Positions 47,326-60,196 of a DNA stretch of 64,000 bases are shown one piece after another. Position 1 is the stretch's first letter; every line of letters starts with the position of its first letter. Source of the DNA: Sarea resinae (Eukaryota); the NCBI GenBank assembly GCA_026026165.1, contig JAPEUD010000010.1:62001-126000 (forward strand), in the 5' to 3' direction. Below the pieces are notes generated by a model. That model searched no databases. It was not told where the DNA came from and saw only the letters and a program-made list of their open reading frames with translations. A program made the translations under genes and the position numbers.

Positions 47326-49248
47326 TTAATACCTCGGGGGAATAGGGGGGGCGTTGTAGCCGGCACCAGCTTGAGGAGGATAACCGCCTTGCGGGGGCGG
47401 ATAGCCTCCCGGCTGCTGGCTATATCCTTGCGGCGGTCGACCGTAACCCTGTTGAGGTGCGCCATAACCTTGTTGAGGAGGCGCGCCATATCCCTGTTGA
47501 GGGGGGTAGGGGGGCTGACCCTGTGGAGGATATGGTGATTGCCCAGGTGGGGGGGGACCATATCCACCATACTGTCCAGGAGGTGGACCACCGTACTGTT
47601 GCGCGCCAGAGGGACGGCTGCCCTTTTCGTCTTTAGTGTCATAACTGGAATTGACCGCACCAAGGAGCAATTTCAACAACTACGGATATGGCTCATTAGC
47701 ATAGCTCAATTTGATCAGTCAAGACCTCTTACCCAAAGTTCCGGTGTAAGGTCAACAGGCGGGACCGCGCGCGACATCTCGTCCTGCTCCACTTCGAAGT
47801 CTGGAAAATCGATTAGCGAAGCTTCAAGAATGAAGTGGTCAGACACTCACTTGAAGTGCAATCTACAATGTTGCCGATCCCCGGCTCGTTGTCAAGCTTT
47901 GACAAAAATTCCCGCGCCTGGAGATCGTTTCCTACCTGCGCAAATTGAAACGATATGGCTCCGGGACCGTAACGAGGATTCCTGCCCAGCTCGGTGGAGG
48001 CATAGCGAATTGCTTCGAAAACAGCTCCTTGAGGCTCGCCTGCGGGTTGTCCATCGGTAACAGTAATAACCAGAACAGGTTTCGTGAGTTGGCCGGCTCT
48101 CGCTTTCTGCACTACGAAAGGCTCTAGAACCTTATTCTTGAGACTTGTACCCATCGGCGTAAGGCCCTTGAATTGAGTGTTTGCAATCATTTGCTCGACT
48201 TGTGCTTCACTGGTAATGTTGTTCCCAGAGCGTTCCGGCGGTGCTCTTGGGTCAGGGTCCAGGTCTTGATTCATGAAACGAACAGTAATGCCATCCTGGT
48301 CGAACAGAGAAGCTGCGTATGCGACTCGGGAAATAATGAGCTTTAGATCCTTGATGCGTTCACCATTCTCTTCGAATCTCATGGAGCCACTGTCGTCTGA
48401 TCAATGCGTTAGCGTCAAGTCAAGGAAACAGATCGAGACTCATACCAATGTAAAGGATGATATCGAACAAGGAGAGCTGAACAATGTCCTGGCCTACTTC
48501 GCGAGGCACTCTCCAAGCAGCACATAGCTGGTCTACTTGAGTCGTGACTTTACCCGCAATCTGATCCAGAATTGGGCTATTAGGCGGATACATCGCTTGC
48601 AAATTCTTTTCCGCGACTACGGATTGCAGAAGCTGCTTGTAGGCAGCTGTCTGCTGAGGATTAGCAGCCTGTTGAGGAGGGTAGCCTCCATGTTGCGGTC
48701 TGCCCTGTGGCGGATACCCTCCATATTGTTGACCTGCCGGAGGTGGATAGCCTTGTTGTTGAGGAGGATATTGTCCTGGTTGTCCTGGTGTGCCCTGTTT
48801 TCGAAGCGCGAAAGCGTCAGCGATCACTTTCCCATAATATTCATTCTCCGACAGCCCGGAAACAAACATAAGCAGGTCCGGCCGTTTGCTGGTAGGATGA
48901 CGGGGTCTGGTATCCCGGAGGCTGTTGTTGCCCGTATGGCGGCTGCTGAGGAGAACTTCCATAGCGTTGCTGATTTGGATGTTGTGGGACAGTAGGAGGA
49001 GTCACTCCATATTGCTGGCCATGGCCATACAGGGGGCTTGCATTTTGTGGCTGTGGGTAGGAGGATTGATATGGCACCTGGGGTAAGGCCGTAGGAGGTG
49101 TATAATACCCGGCGTTGACTTGAGCTGGTGAGAATCGCTCATTTCGAGGGTCGGCGTAACCACTATGGGCTGGAGAGCCGGGATACGGTGGTTGACCGGG
49201 ACGTGACGCAGGTTGGCCGGGATATTGCGGATAGGGATTTCCACTCAT
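47326..49248 (-). CDS. vWA-domain protein with P/Q/G/Y-rich termini (RfeF-like)
   Basis: MIDAS DDSGS split by an intron, GLTPMGT, VITVTDGQP, FQFAQVGND. GYPP/QQGY repeats at both ends. Confidence 0.85.
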
Positions 49249-49468
49249 CACGATCGATCCAGGTGGCGGAGAACAAGGTGGCGATATTATGCCAATCGAC
49301 AAAGGGCGGCAGCTCTCGCGAAATCGAGGATATGGTTCACGAAAGCGGAAGAAGGAAGAAAAATCGTGGGTTGCTTACGGAATGACCTTGCGTAGGAGAC
49401 GGTGATGTTCCAGGATAGGCTTGATATTGTGTCTGTCCAGGCTGCAAGTGGAGGCAATGTCAGTAGGA

Positions 49469-49505
49469 GGTAAGGTAAGTAGGTAGGTAGGTAGGTAGGT
49501 AGGTA
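49469..49505 (+). repeat. GGTAA/(GTAG)n microsatellite in promoter region
   Basis: ggtaaggtaagtaggtaggtaggtaggtaggtaggta, ~220 bp upstream of the vWA gene. Confidence 0.85.
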
Positions 49506-51642
49506 CAGTGGGCTTAGCAAGAGCAAGTGACGTAGCAGATGGTGTACTCATGCGGTGGACAGGTAAGGTGGGTGGTAAGGTAAGGTAGGTGGGTGCAGTT
49601 CGTTTGGAGGGACTTACATATGCGGCTTTTCCCGATTGCGATTGATGAGGATGAGAGCCTGATGGTGGAGGATAACCACCTTGTGATTGACTCGCGGCGA
49701 GTTTGGAGGCGAGCTAGAAAGTGAATAATGCACCCATTATTAGCTCACGAGAACGAAAGGATTGCTAGGATGGGCATCTGTGATTCGCTGCGGCGGGGGT
49801 TCATGGGCCATGGCGGGGTAGATGCAAAACTTACACCCATTGTTGCTGTCTTGAGCAGGCGGGAAAAACGGCGGATAATGGTAATGATAATAGGGAGAGA
49901 TAGAGATATATGAGATAGGTATGGAGCAGCTTCACAAGTTGAAATTGAAGATGGGGTTTGGATTAGGGAGTGCGAAGAGAGATCACGACTTCACATCAAC
50001 AACGGCCATGGATACTTAAATATCTGACGGTGGAATCAGTTGGAAAGTGGGCGGTACAGTACGAGGTTAGTTACTACTCTAGTGAATAATTGCTCTCGAC
50101 CTCTCAGCGACAGGCAGGTCGAGGTAGGTGAGGTGGGCTCAGCTAAGGTTGAGTAACGAAGACAAGGTGACGACGACCCCAAGTCTCGTTGTACATGATA
50201 GCGCCGGCAAAGCCACACTCGCTTCAGGGTTCACCTCGTTTCAGGGTCTGAATCTGAACTCTGAGTTCTACTCTAGAGTACGAAGTACTTCATAGTCATC
50301 CTCCAGGCGCCCGACGAGTCCGTGGAGCAGTTCGTCTTACCACAGTACTCATAGTAGGTACCCGTGGACCTCACCTCACACTGATCATGCACGAACAACG
50401 AAGTATTCCGTATGAAGTAACTTCACAGGTACCTACCTTCAACATGGCACGTTGAAGCCCGACAATATGAGGTAAACGTAGTGCGGAGCGCTCGGCGATT
50501 GTTATATCATCATGACCGTGCATGGTATCTTGAGAAAACAATCGGTTAACAGTCTCCTCCACTCCATCAAGGCCACTCATAGGTCTCAATATGTCCTTCT
50601 GTCTCAATGGGTAGTCTCAGTCTAGGTCCAAATGATTACATGTATAGGGGTACTGAGTAGCTCTCAGTCACTTGATATTACTGTCCGGCTGGAGATAGCT
50701 ACTATCATCCATGCGAGAGCCATATGACCGCAAAAGACCTTGCTACAAAAGCTCACCAGAGCTCGCAGGAAGGGTACACTGACTGGCACTGGCACCGGCA
50801 CAAGGCCTCGAAGCTGCATCTACCGCCCCGTCTTTCTCTCGGTAAGGTACGAAGTACCTGGTACCTAGTAGGTGGCTCTACCCGTCCTGTAATCATGGGT
50901 TCGTTCCACTTGGGAGTTCCAGTTGTCAACGAGTAATTTGGAAGATGGTAGCGACCTCCAGCTTGGCAGCCCGAGGCTCGATTAGATAGAAGAAGGATCC
51001 ATCCAGGATTCAATACAGCTGGATGAAAGGGTATGCAGGAAGTGTCATTATGATTTGATAGGTACCGTCCAGAGCCTCATACCATAAGCTACCTCCTCCC
51101 TCCTCTATCCTAAAAACCATTTTCAGTGAGATCCGTCGCATCCATGGATTCATCCATAGAGGGTAGAGTACCTCCACTGGCTCTACCTTAACGCAATGGA
51201 ACGTGGTGTGTTGCTGGCGGCCATATGATGCGTTTCTGCATACATCTCGACGGATGCTAGACCCCCTCGGGTAACAATCTGGTCTGCCTTGCTAGTTTGT
51301 AGATGTACGATGTACGAAGTACCCGCGTACCTTCCCTCCTCAAGCGAGCCCGTATCTCGCGGTTCCATACCTACCTAATCAAAAGCTCAAGTCTCATTGG
51401 ATTGGAAGTCCCAAAGTCCTGATCAGCCATCATCACAAGTCTCGTTTCGTTTGGACAACCGCGTCTGAGACCTTTCATCAACATCTTCCCACTATCTTCC
51501 AGAAATTGCAAATCGCACACCAGCGTCACGATAAACAGTGAACGCGATTTTAGATCTCTATTGCAAAGTGCAGACACCCGTTCCAACGTATTGTCTTGCT
51601 GTCCCGACGTGGTAGCCCATCATCTCGGGCAGATCCCTCGAG

Positions 51643-53649
51643 ATGGGGTACTGCTTTTCTTGCCTCAAGAGTGGGTACCCAAATTCGGATTGATAGCAAC
51701 TTCGCTGACCGGAGATGCATCATACAGGGCGGTCCAAGGATGGCCTCTACGAGCCGGTTCTTGCTGACAGTGAACGAGAAGCCGTTGCGGACCTATTGCA
51801 ATACCTTGAGAATGTATGTCAATACTCTATCATGGTGCGGGCTTGGCTCTCTAAACATCTCTTTTAGCGTGCGGAAACAGATTTCTTCTCGGGCGAGCCT
51901 CTACGAGCTCTCAGTACCTTGGTATATTCAGACAATGTTGATCTGCAACGAAGTGCCAGTTTGACATTTGCGGAAATCACCGAGCGCGGTAAGTAATTGC
52001 GAGGATGCGCTATTGAAAGGATTCATTTCTGATTATTCTGACGTGACAAGATGTGAGAGCGGTCGATAGAGATACCCTTGAACCGATCTTGTTCTTGTTG
52101 CAAAGCCCAGACATTGAGGTCCAGCGAGCAGCCAGTGCAGCTTTGGGCAATCTTGCGGTGAATAGTTCGTTGAGCCTCTTCCTCCATCCTTTGTCGGATC
52201 TAATCGTGATCAGATGATAACAAAGTCTCGATTGTCATTCTGGGCGGTCTTGCTCCCCTCATACGACAGATGATGTCCCCCAACGTTGAAGTACAGTGCA
52301 ATGCTGTTGGCTGCATTACGAACCTCGCAACTCATGAAGACAATAAGGCCAAAATAGCCAGGTCCGGTGCTCTGGGACCGCTCACTAGGCTGGCGAAGTC
52401 GAAGGATATGAGGGTTCAGAGGAATGCTACTGGCGCACTCTTGAATATGACGCACTCAGGTAACTTCAGAGATCTGTAACAACAGAGAAGGACCAAACGT
52501 TTTGACCGCTTTCGCAGATGATAACAGGCAACAGCTCGTCAACGCTGGCGCAATTCCTGTTCTTGTTCAGCTTCTCTCGTCACCGGACGTAGATGTTCAA
52601 TACTATTGCACTACAGCTCTTAGCAACATCGCAGTCGATTCCACAAATCGCAAAAAGCTCGCTCAGACGGAGGGCCGCCTTGTTCAGTCGCTCGTGCATC
52701 TGATGGATTCATCTTCACCCAAGGTGCAATGCCAAGCCGCTCTTGCGCTAAGGAATCTTGCATCAGATGAAAAATATCAACTCGAAATAGTCCGAGCCCG
52801 CGGCTTGCCACCGTTGCTGCGACTTCTTCAATCATCCTACCTCCCACTCATTCTCTCAGCTGTGGCTTGCATCCGAAACATTTCTATTCATCCTCTCAAT
52901 GAGTCTCCAATTATCGACGCTGGTTTTCTCCGGCCTTTGGTGGATCTACTCGGCTCTACCGACAATGAAGAAATTCAATGTCATGCGATATCTACCCTTC
53001 GGAATCTTGCTGCTAGCTCTGATCGAAACAAACAGCTCGTTCTGGAAGCTGGGGCCGTGCAGAAGTGCAAACAACTTGTTCTGCAGGTTCCACTTAGTGT
53101 ACAGTCCGAAATGACGGCCGCGATTGCTGTGCTAGCTTTGAGTGACGAGCTAAAGACTCATTTGCTAAAATTAGGCGTATTTTCCGTTCTCATCCCCTTG
53201 ACTGATTCTGAAAGTATTGAGGTTCAAGGGAATAGCGCGGCTGCCCTGGGTAACCTCTCTTCCAAAGGTTAGCTCCAACAATCCTTGTTGACAATAAACG
53301 GCTCTGATCTTGAGTAGTGGGTGATTATTCGATCTTCATCCAAAATTGGACCGAACCAAATGGGGGTATCCATGACTACTTGAGGCGTTTCCTTTCGAGC
53401 GGAGATCCGACGTTTCAACATATTGCCATTTGGACGCTGCTTCAACTTTTAGAGTCTGAAGATCAGAAGTTGGTTGACATGATCGCAAAGGCTGAAGACG
53501 TTGTCCAGATGATCAAAGCTATTTCCGACAAGAATATTGAGTCTGATGACGAGGACGGTGAAGATGGCGAAGGGGAGGTCGTCGCATTGGCTCGCCGATG
53601 TCTTTCGCTCCTAGGCCAGGGGCCGAAGCATACGCTTGTTGAGGCCTGA
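51643..53649 (+). CDS. VAC8: Vacuolar armadillo-repeat protein Vac8
   Basis: Exon 1 MGYCFSCLK (Gly2/Cys lipidation motif); intron 51671-51727; then [29 protein letters not shown] and ARM repeats ([28 protein letters not shown]). Confidence 0.96.
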
Positions 53650-54423
53650 TACCGGTCTTGGGTAGAGATTGGTCTACGGTGGCCGTTCCAGAGATTTCTT
53701 CTACTAGTATCGATTATTCTAGACTTGGTCTCCACAGAAGCCAAACGAGTTGGGTTTAAATCTCGCTGTGGGATGGAGTTCAGGTATCTGTTATATCTTT
53801 TCGATTGAGCGTGCATTTTCGGAGCAGGGATCCCGCAGGAATCGAGATACCAGCCGCGGTCGGGCTAAACGTGAGCCTAAGTTTACTCATGAGAGATGGC
53901 ATTTGGTGGCCTAATTCTTTCTTTTACTACTTCTCTTTGTAATCAATTTGCTGTCTATAGCTTTTTATCAATGATATCTTATATGTTCTCGACCTTCTCG
54001 ACGTGGGTCCTTTTTGAAGTTGATTTCCGTAACATTGAATGCCACTTACAATGCTCAGTATGGTTTAGGCCTTGAGAAAATCAAGACAGATCCAAGGACT
54101 TTACGAAGTACTCGGAGGAGAGCAGGAGGAAGATAAGAGACTCCCACAGATGCAGTACTTTCGTACCTACCGTACCTATCGGACTGATCTTGATGCTACT
54201 CCGACTACAGCCTACATACCCGACGTCAACAGCGCAGGCACCTCGCGTAAAATTTCCGACCTTCAACTATTGTTGCATGGACTTTACCTGGATTGTGAGC
54301 TTCAAGACGGTTTAACTTCCGTGGTACACAATCCACCAAGTTCACGACCTTTGACTGCCTAAGGTATATAGGTACTCTCTTCGTCGCTTGAACTCCGACA
54401 CTACTCAGTATTCATTGTCAAAC

Positions 54424-55210
54424 ATGAGCTCGCTATCCGTTGTTCTTCCAGGCCAGGTCCTCGGCGCAACCACCGACTACCTTGCCGGTCCAGGCACGCA
54501 CATTCAAGGCTCCCGCCTTTACGCGTCCATCCTGGGTGCCGTCGTCGAAGCTCCTTCTCCCGGTCTTCCGAAATCCTCAAGTCCAGATGTAAAGCAGCCG
54601 CCCATCATACCAGCCGCAAAGCTTCCCAGTCTAAGCGTCGTTACTCGCGCGCACACCGACGATCATGCAGCTGCAGCTCAACTTGTCACGAACGTCCTGC
54701 CTGAAGTAGATGCGGTGGTGCTTGCACGCGTTATGAGGATTACACCCCGTCAGGCCACAGTTGCGATCTTAGTTGTCGGGGAGTCTGTGTGCGCGGACGA
54801 ATTTCAGGGTCTTGTGAGGGTTCAGGATGTAAGGGCTACAGAGAAAGACAAGGTTAAGATCTACGATAGTTTCAGACCGGGGGACATCGTAAGGGCGAAG
54901 GTGGTAAGTTACTTTCATCTCTAGAAGTTATTTGTGTGTGGCACTCTTGCTGTAGGATGAAGAATTGAGGGAACGAGGAAGACGGAGAAAGTGAGTGGGA
55001 GGAAAAGAGTGCAACGCTAACAAGTAATCAATCGGCCAGATTTCCTTAGGAGACCAATCGAACTACTACCTCTCGACTGCGAACAATCATCTCGGCGTCA
55101 TAATGGCCACATCCGAGGCAGGAACGCCTATGCACCCTATCAGTTGGAAAGAATTCAAAGATCCGCAAACGGGCGCCACCGAAAGCAGGAAGGTCGCGAA
55201 GCCGTTCTGA
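54424..55210 (+). CDS. CSL4: RNA exosome cap subunit Csl4
   Basis: VVLPGQ.LG, GPGTH, VRATEKDKVKIYDSFRPGDIVRAKV|ISLGDQSNYYLSTA...RKVAKPF*. Intron 54904-55039. Confidence 0.95.
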
Positions 55211-56388
55211 GATACCAGCTACGTATAGCGGTATGGCTTTGATTGAGAAATCAAGTGGCTGAGGTGTCCATGTACCCCAAGGAAAGAGCAGGCCAGGGGT
55301 TTGAAAAGTGAGAGAGGCAGGACGAATGTTTGCTGTTGATGCTGGAGAAAGCATCAGGAGGAGATTGAACTCCCTGCCCTGCGTAGCCAGCTGCCTTTAC
55401 TTCCGAATGGCCAGGAGAGTCTGCCATTTCACCTACGTCTCTTCAAATGAGGCTTTCAGATCCCATACTCCTCCTAAAGTCGACACGAGAGGACGAAGTA
55501 CGATGCACACAACTTGCAAAACGTGGAATCCATGACAGACATGGGGCCCGGGATCGCAGACCGAATCTTCGAAAGGAAAGGAGAGCGACATTGAACTTCC
55601 CGCGCTACAAATCCAGTCAAGCATGAGAAACCCATGTTTCCATCCTACCAGAAGAAGGATTGTGTCTTGGATCATGGAATGAGAAGAGGAAATCTTCTTG
55701 GAGCGAGCATTCAAATGGCCGAGTGAGTCCTCTGTACCACAGGTGAGGTCTACGTTCCGCGGATCGCAGTAGGACGTATACTCGGAGCGGGATTTTGGCT
55801 CTGCGAACCGAAGGCAGGTGAAGGAATGTTTGGAGAGGGGAGCAAAGTGCATTGCAACGGCTCTGTCAATGAACAGCCTGTCGTCTTTCTTTTCTGGTAT
55901 AGGTAGTCCTACAACCTTGGAATCATCGTGAAATGCCTGCGGTAGCAATGGTACGAGAATTACAATTCGCTAGTGTGAGGGATATCCAATGTTTGTTCTT
56001 CGTACTAGGTAGGTACCTTGGGATTCCGATTTCCATTGGCATTATTGCTCTGACGTCGCTTGGGTTGCATTGGCGCGATCATCCCCCACTACCTGAGGTA
56101 ATACCAAGTAACTTCGTACATTAGCAGTACTGCGCAGTATAAAATTATTGGGCCTCTCAAAACTTCGCCTTGGCTCGCTGAGAGAGAGAGCAGTGGATCT
56201 TCTAAGGTTCAGGATTCCTAGAAATATCCTTCTAGGGTTTTGACTTGCATGCCTCTCTGCTGATACCATCTCGATCTCGCTCTCGCTCTTGCTCTCGCTC
56301 TCGCTCCAAAAAGCGTTGGTGGGGCTACACTTACGGTTGGTGGGGTGGATCTGAGTCTGGAAGGCAGACCGTACACGGTCGTGCGAAG

Positions 56389-59300
56389 ATGCCTGTAGTG
56401 AGTCCTGAGAAGCTCGTTGGACTCCAGCACAATGCTGAAGGCATTCGAAACGTAAGCCTTTTTCCTCAGCGGGGGGACCTGTCATGGAGACATTGCTGAT
56501 TGCTCTGGTAGATATGCATTCTTGCGCACGTTGTAAGTCGACAGCCAGATGCCGCTTACTCCTCGAAATGTGGCTCACCCCTCTCTAGGATCACGGCAAG
56601 ACTTCCCTCACGGATGCCCTCATTGCCACCAATGGCATCATCTCTCCCAAGATGGCGGGCAAGATTCGCTATCTCGACTCTCGGCCTGATGAGCAGCTCC
56701 GAGGTATCACCATGGAATCCTCGGCCATCTCGCTCTACTTTTCTATGTTGCGACGACCCAGCCCAGAGCTAGCGCCGGAGCAGAGAGACTATCTGATCAA
56801 CCTGATCGATTCGCCAGGCCATATAGACTTCAGCAGCGAAGTGTCGACTGCCTCGCGATTATGCGATGGCGCCGTGGTATTGGTGGACGCCGTGGAAGGG
56901 GTATGCAGCCAGACCGTTACCGTCCTCCGACAAACGTGGATAGAGCGTATGAAGCCCATTCTGGTGATCAACAAGATGGATCGCTTGATTACCGAGCTCC
57001 GCATGAGCCCCTCAGAAGCATATACGCATTTGAGTAAATTGCTCGAGCAGGTCAATGCCGTTGTTGGAAGCTTTTTCCATGGCGAGCGAATGGAAGAGGA
57101 TCTCAAGTGGAGAGAAAAAATGGAACATAGGATTGCGGCTGCGGCAACGAAGGAAAAGGCAGAGCGAAGGGACTCAAGCTCGACCAATGGTGTAGTAGCG
57201 GATGATGGGCAGAGCCTTGTATCCGATGCTCCGGTTGCTGAATTCGAAGAAAAGGATGACGAAGACATCTACTTTGCGCCGGAGAAGAATAACGTAATCT
57301 TCAGCAGTGCTGTTGACGGGTGGGCGTTCACAGTGAGACAGTTTGCGGCTCTGTATGAGAAGAAATTGGGGATCAAGAGGAAGGTCCTCGAACAGGTGCT
57401 TTGGGGAGATTTCTATTTGGACCCGAAGACGAAACGAGTACTAGGTCCGAAGCATCTCAAGGGTAGAACCTTGAAACCGATGTTTGTTCAGCTTGTCTTG
57501 GAGAACATCTGGGCGATCTACGAAGCAACCACAGGTGGAGGTTCAGGAAAGGGGTGCGTAGATCCCTCACTCATTTCATGTCTATCCGGTTTCATGCTTG
57601 AGAATCTAAATCACACCTTACAACGGTCTAGTAACATATTGGAATAGTGATCCGATTATGCTCGAGAAGATTACCAAGTCCCTCTCCATCACCCTGCCAC
57701 CGCACGTCGTCCGTTCTAAAGACCCTCGCGCCATCCTAACTACTCTTTTCGCCGCCTGGCTTCCTCTGTCTACCGCTCTTCTTGTTTCTGTCATCGAATT
57801 TCTTCCCTCTCCCCCTGCTGCACAAGCAAATCGCCTGCCGGAAATTATCGATGCATCACCAAGTGCCAATCATATCGATGAGAGGGTCCGAGACTCTATG
57901 ATAAACTTCAGAATTGGCGAGGACGAGCCGACAGTGGCTTATGTTAGTAAGATGGTTGCTATACCAGAGAGCGAGCTTCCTGAAAACAAACGTCGCATTG
58001 GGGGTCTCAGCGCGGAAGAGGCACGAGAAATGGGACGAAGAAAGCGCGCAGAGATTGCGAAAGCTCAGGCTCTGGCCAATGGTCAAGCGTCAGACGTCGC
58101 AGGTATCACTGACGCTATAGGTAGTACAACCATCTCAGATGCAGCCAGTGGTAGTGGAGCTCCCCAAGAAGAATTGGAGGATCCGGAACATTTGATCGGA
58201 TTTGCACGTCTCTTCTCTGGCATCCTCCATGTGGGCGATGAGATCTATGTCCTCCCGCCCAAATTCTCCCCTGCGAACCCCCATGCAGCACCGGAACCTA
58301 AGAAAGTCATCGTCCGGGCTCTATATTTGCTCATGGGTCGAAGCCTCGAGCCGCTAACCCACGTCAGCGCTGGTATGGTATTCGGAATTGCTGGACTAGA
58401 AGGCCATATTTTAAAGTCTGGTACCCTGTGCAGCCAGCTAAACGGCGCCATCAACCTTGCTGGAGTAAATATGGGCAGCCAACCTATCGTGCGAGTGGCA
58501 CTGGAACCCGTCAATCCGAGCGATCTTGGTAAGATGATCCATGGCATGCGTCTGCTCGAGCAGAGCGATCCTTGTGCCGAATACGAGGTGCTGGAGAGCG
58601 GAGAGCATGTCATCGTTACTGCTGGAGAACTGCACCTTGAACGATGTCTCAAGGATCTGCGTGAGAGGTACGCAAGATGTGAGATACAGGCTGGTGAGCC
58701 CATCGTTCCATATCGGGAGACTATCGTCAGCGCAGCCGAGATGGCCCCTCCAAAGGATAAAGATTTACCCAGAGGGACGGCTATGGCCGTGACGGCGTCT
58801 AAGCAAGCCAGCATCCGGCTCAGGGTTCGGCCATTACCGTCATTAGTGACGGAATTTCTGAGTCAGAACGCATCTGCCATCAAGAAGCTCTATTCCGACA
58901 CACGGGCTGAAGAAGAAAAACGAAAAGCCAGCGACGATAGGACTAACGGTCAGGATGACGAAGAAGATGAGGTGGAAGATGACGTACAGGCCCGAGCTGA
59001 AGCTGCTGACTTGAGGGAGTCGAAGCTGTTGACCCTCGAGGACTTCAAAAGCCAGCTGAAGAAGGCCTTCGACGAGGTCAAAGGAGATAAGGAAATGTGG
59101 CTAGCGGCCATAGAGAAGATTGCAGCGTTTGGCCCAAGGAGAGTGGGTCCGAATCTGCTCATTGACTCTACCGAAACGGGCGTGCTCAAGAAATTGTGAG
59201 ATCTTCACCTTCCAGTCTGGTTGTTATCCTGATATCGAGCCATGATTAACTAATTGGTCATTTCTCCAGCCTGCGTGATCCCACCATCAAGGAAGCAGAC

Positions 59301-60106
59301 GCAACAACAACGAGCATAGAAGGCGGACTGACGGCGCGCCATCTCTCCGACAAAATCACTTACGCCTTCCAACTCGCCACAGCCCAAGGACCGCTCTGTA
59401 ATGAGCCCGTGCAAGGCATTGCCGTTTTCGTCGAAGACGTTTCCGTCTCCAACCCGGCAGACGAAGCCGCCAGCACCACGCGAGAGAAGCTGGGCCGACT
59501 GACCGGTGAGGTCATCAAGGTCGTTCGCGACTCGATTCGCCAAGGCTTTCTGGACTGGAGTCCTAGATTGCTGCTGGCGATGTACAGCTGTGAGATCCAG
59601 GCGTCGAGTGAGTAAATCACATCTTATCCCTCCCCTTCTTTTTCTATTCCCTCTTACTTTTCATTCTTATCAATCCCGCACACATACACATACACACACA
59701 CACGCCGTACTGACTCGTCGCAGCCGACGTCCTGGGCCGCGTTTACGGCGTGATAACGCGTCGCCGAGGCCACATCCTCTCAGAATCGCTCAAGGAAGGC
59801 ACGCCGTTCTTCTCCATCCTGTCAGTGCTCCCCGTGGCCGAGTCCTTCGGCTTCAGCGATGAGATCCGCAAACGGACATCGGGCGCCGCATCTCCGCAGC
59901 TCGTCTTCAGCGGCTACGAGATGCTGGATCAGGATCCCTTCTGGGTGCCGTTCACCGAGGAGGAGATTGAGGATCTCGGCGAGCTGGCCGACAAGGAGAA
60001 TGTCGCTAAGAGGTACATGGATGGCGTCAGGAGACGCAAAGGCCTGTTCGTTAGTGGAAGGAAATTGGTCGAGTCGGCGGAGAAGCAGAAGACGTTGAAG
60101 AGGTGA
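56389..60106 (+). CDS. RIA1: EF-2-like GTPase Ria1/Efl1 (60S maturation)
   Basis: [62 protein letters not shown]. Five introns. Confidence 0.96.
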
Positions 60107-60162
60107 CAAGTTGGGGTCTGTGGAGTTGAATCAGGTAGCGGCAATGGAGGCAGCGGCTTCAT

Positions 60163-60163
<1 letters not shown>

Positions 60164-60196
<33 letters not shown>
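60164..60196 (+). repeat. (GGC)11 trinucleotide repeat in RIA1 3' region
   Basis: 33-nt perfect repeat starting 58 nt after the stop codon. Confidence 0.95.

Noticed and set aside
51561..51730. VAC8 seeming to lack its lipidated N-terminus (in-frame ATG at 51715)
   Set aside because: Exon 51643-51670 supplies MGYCFSCLK and splices in frame.
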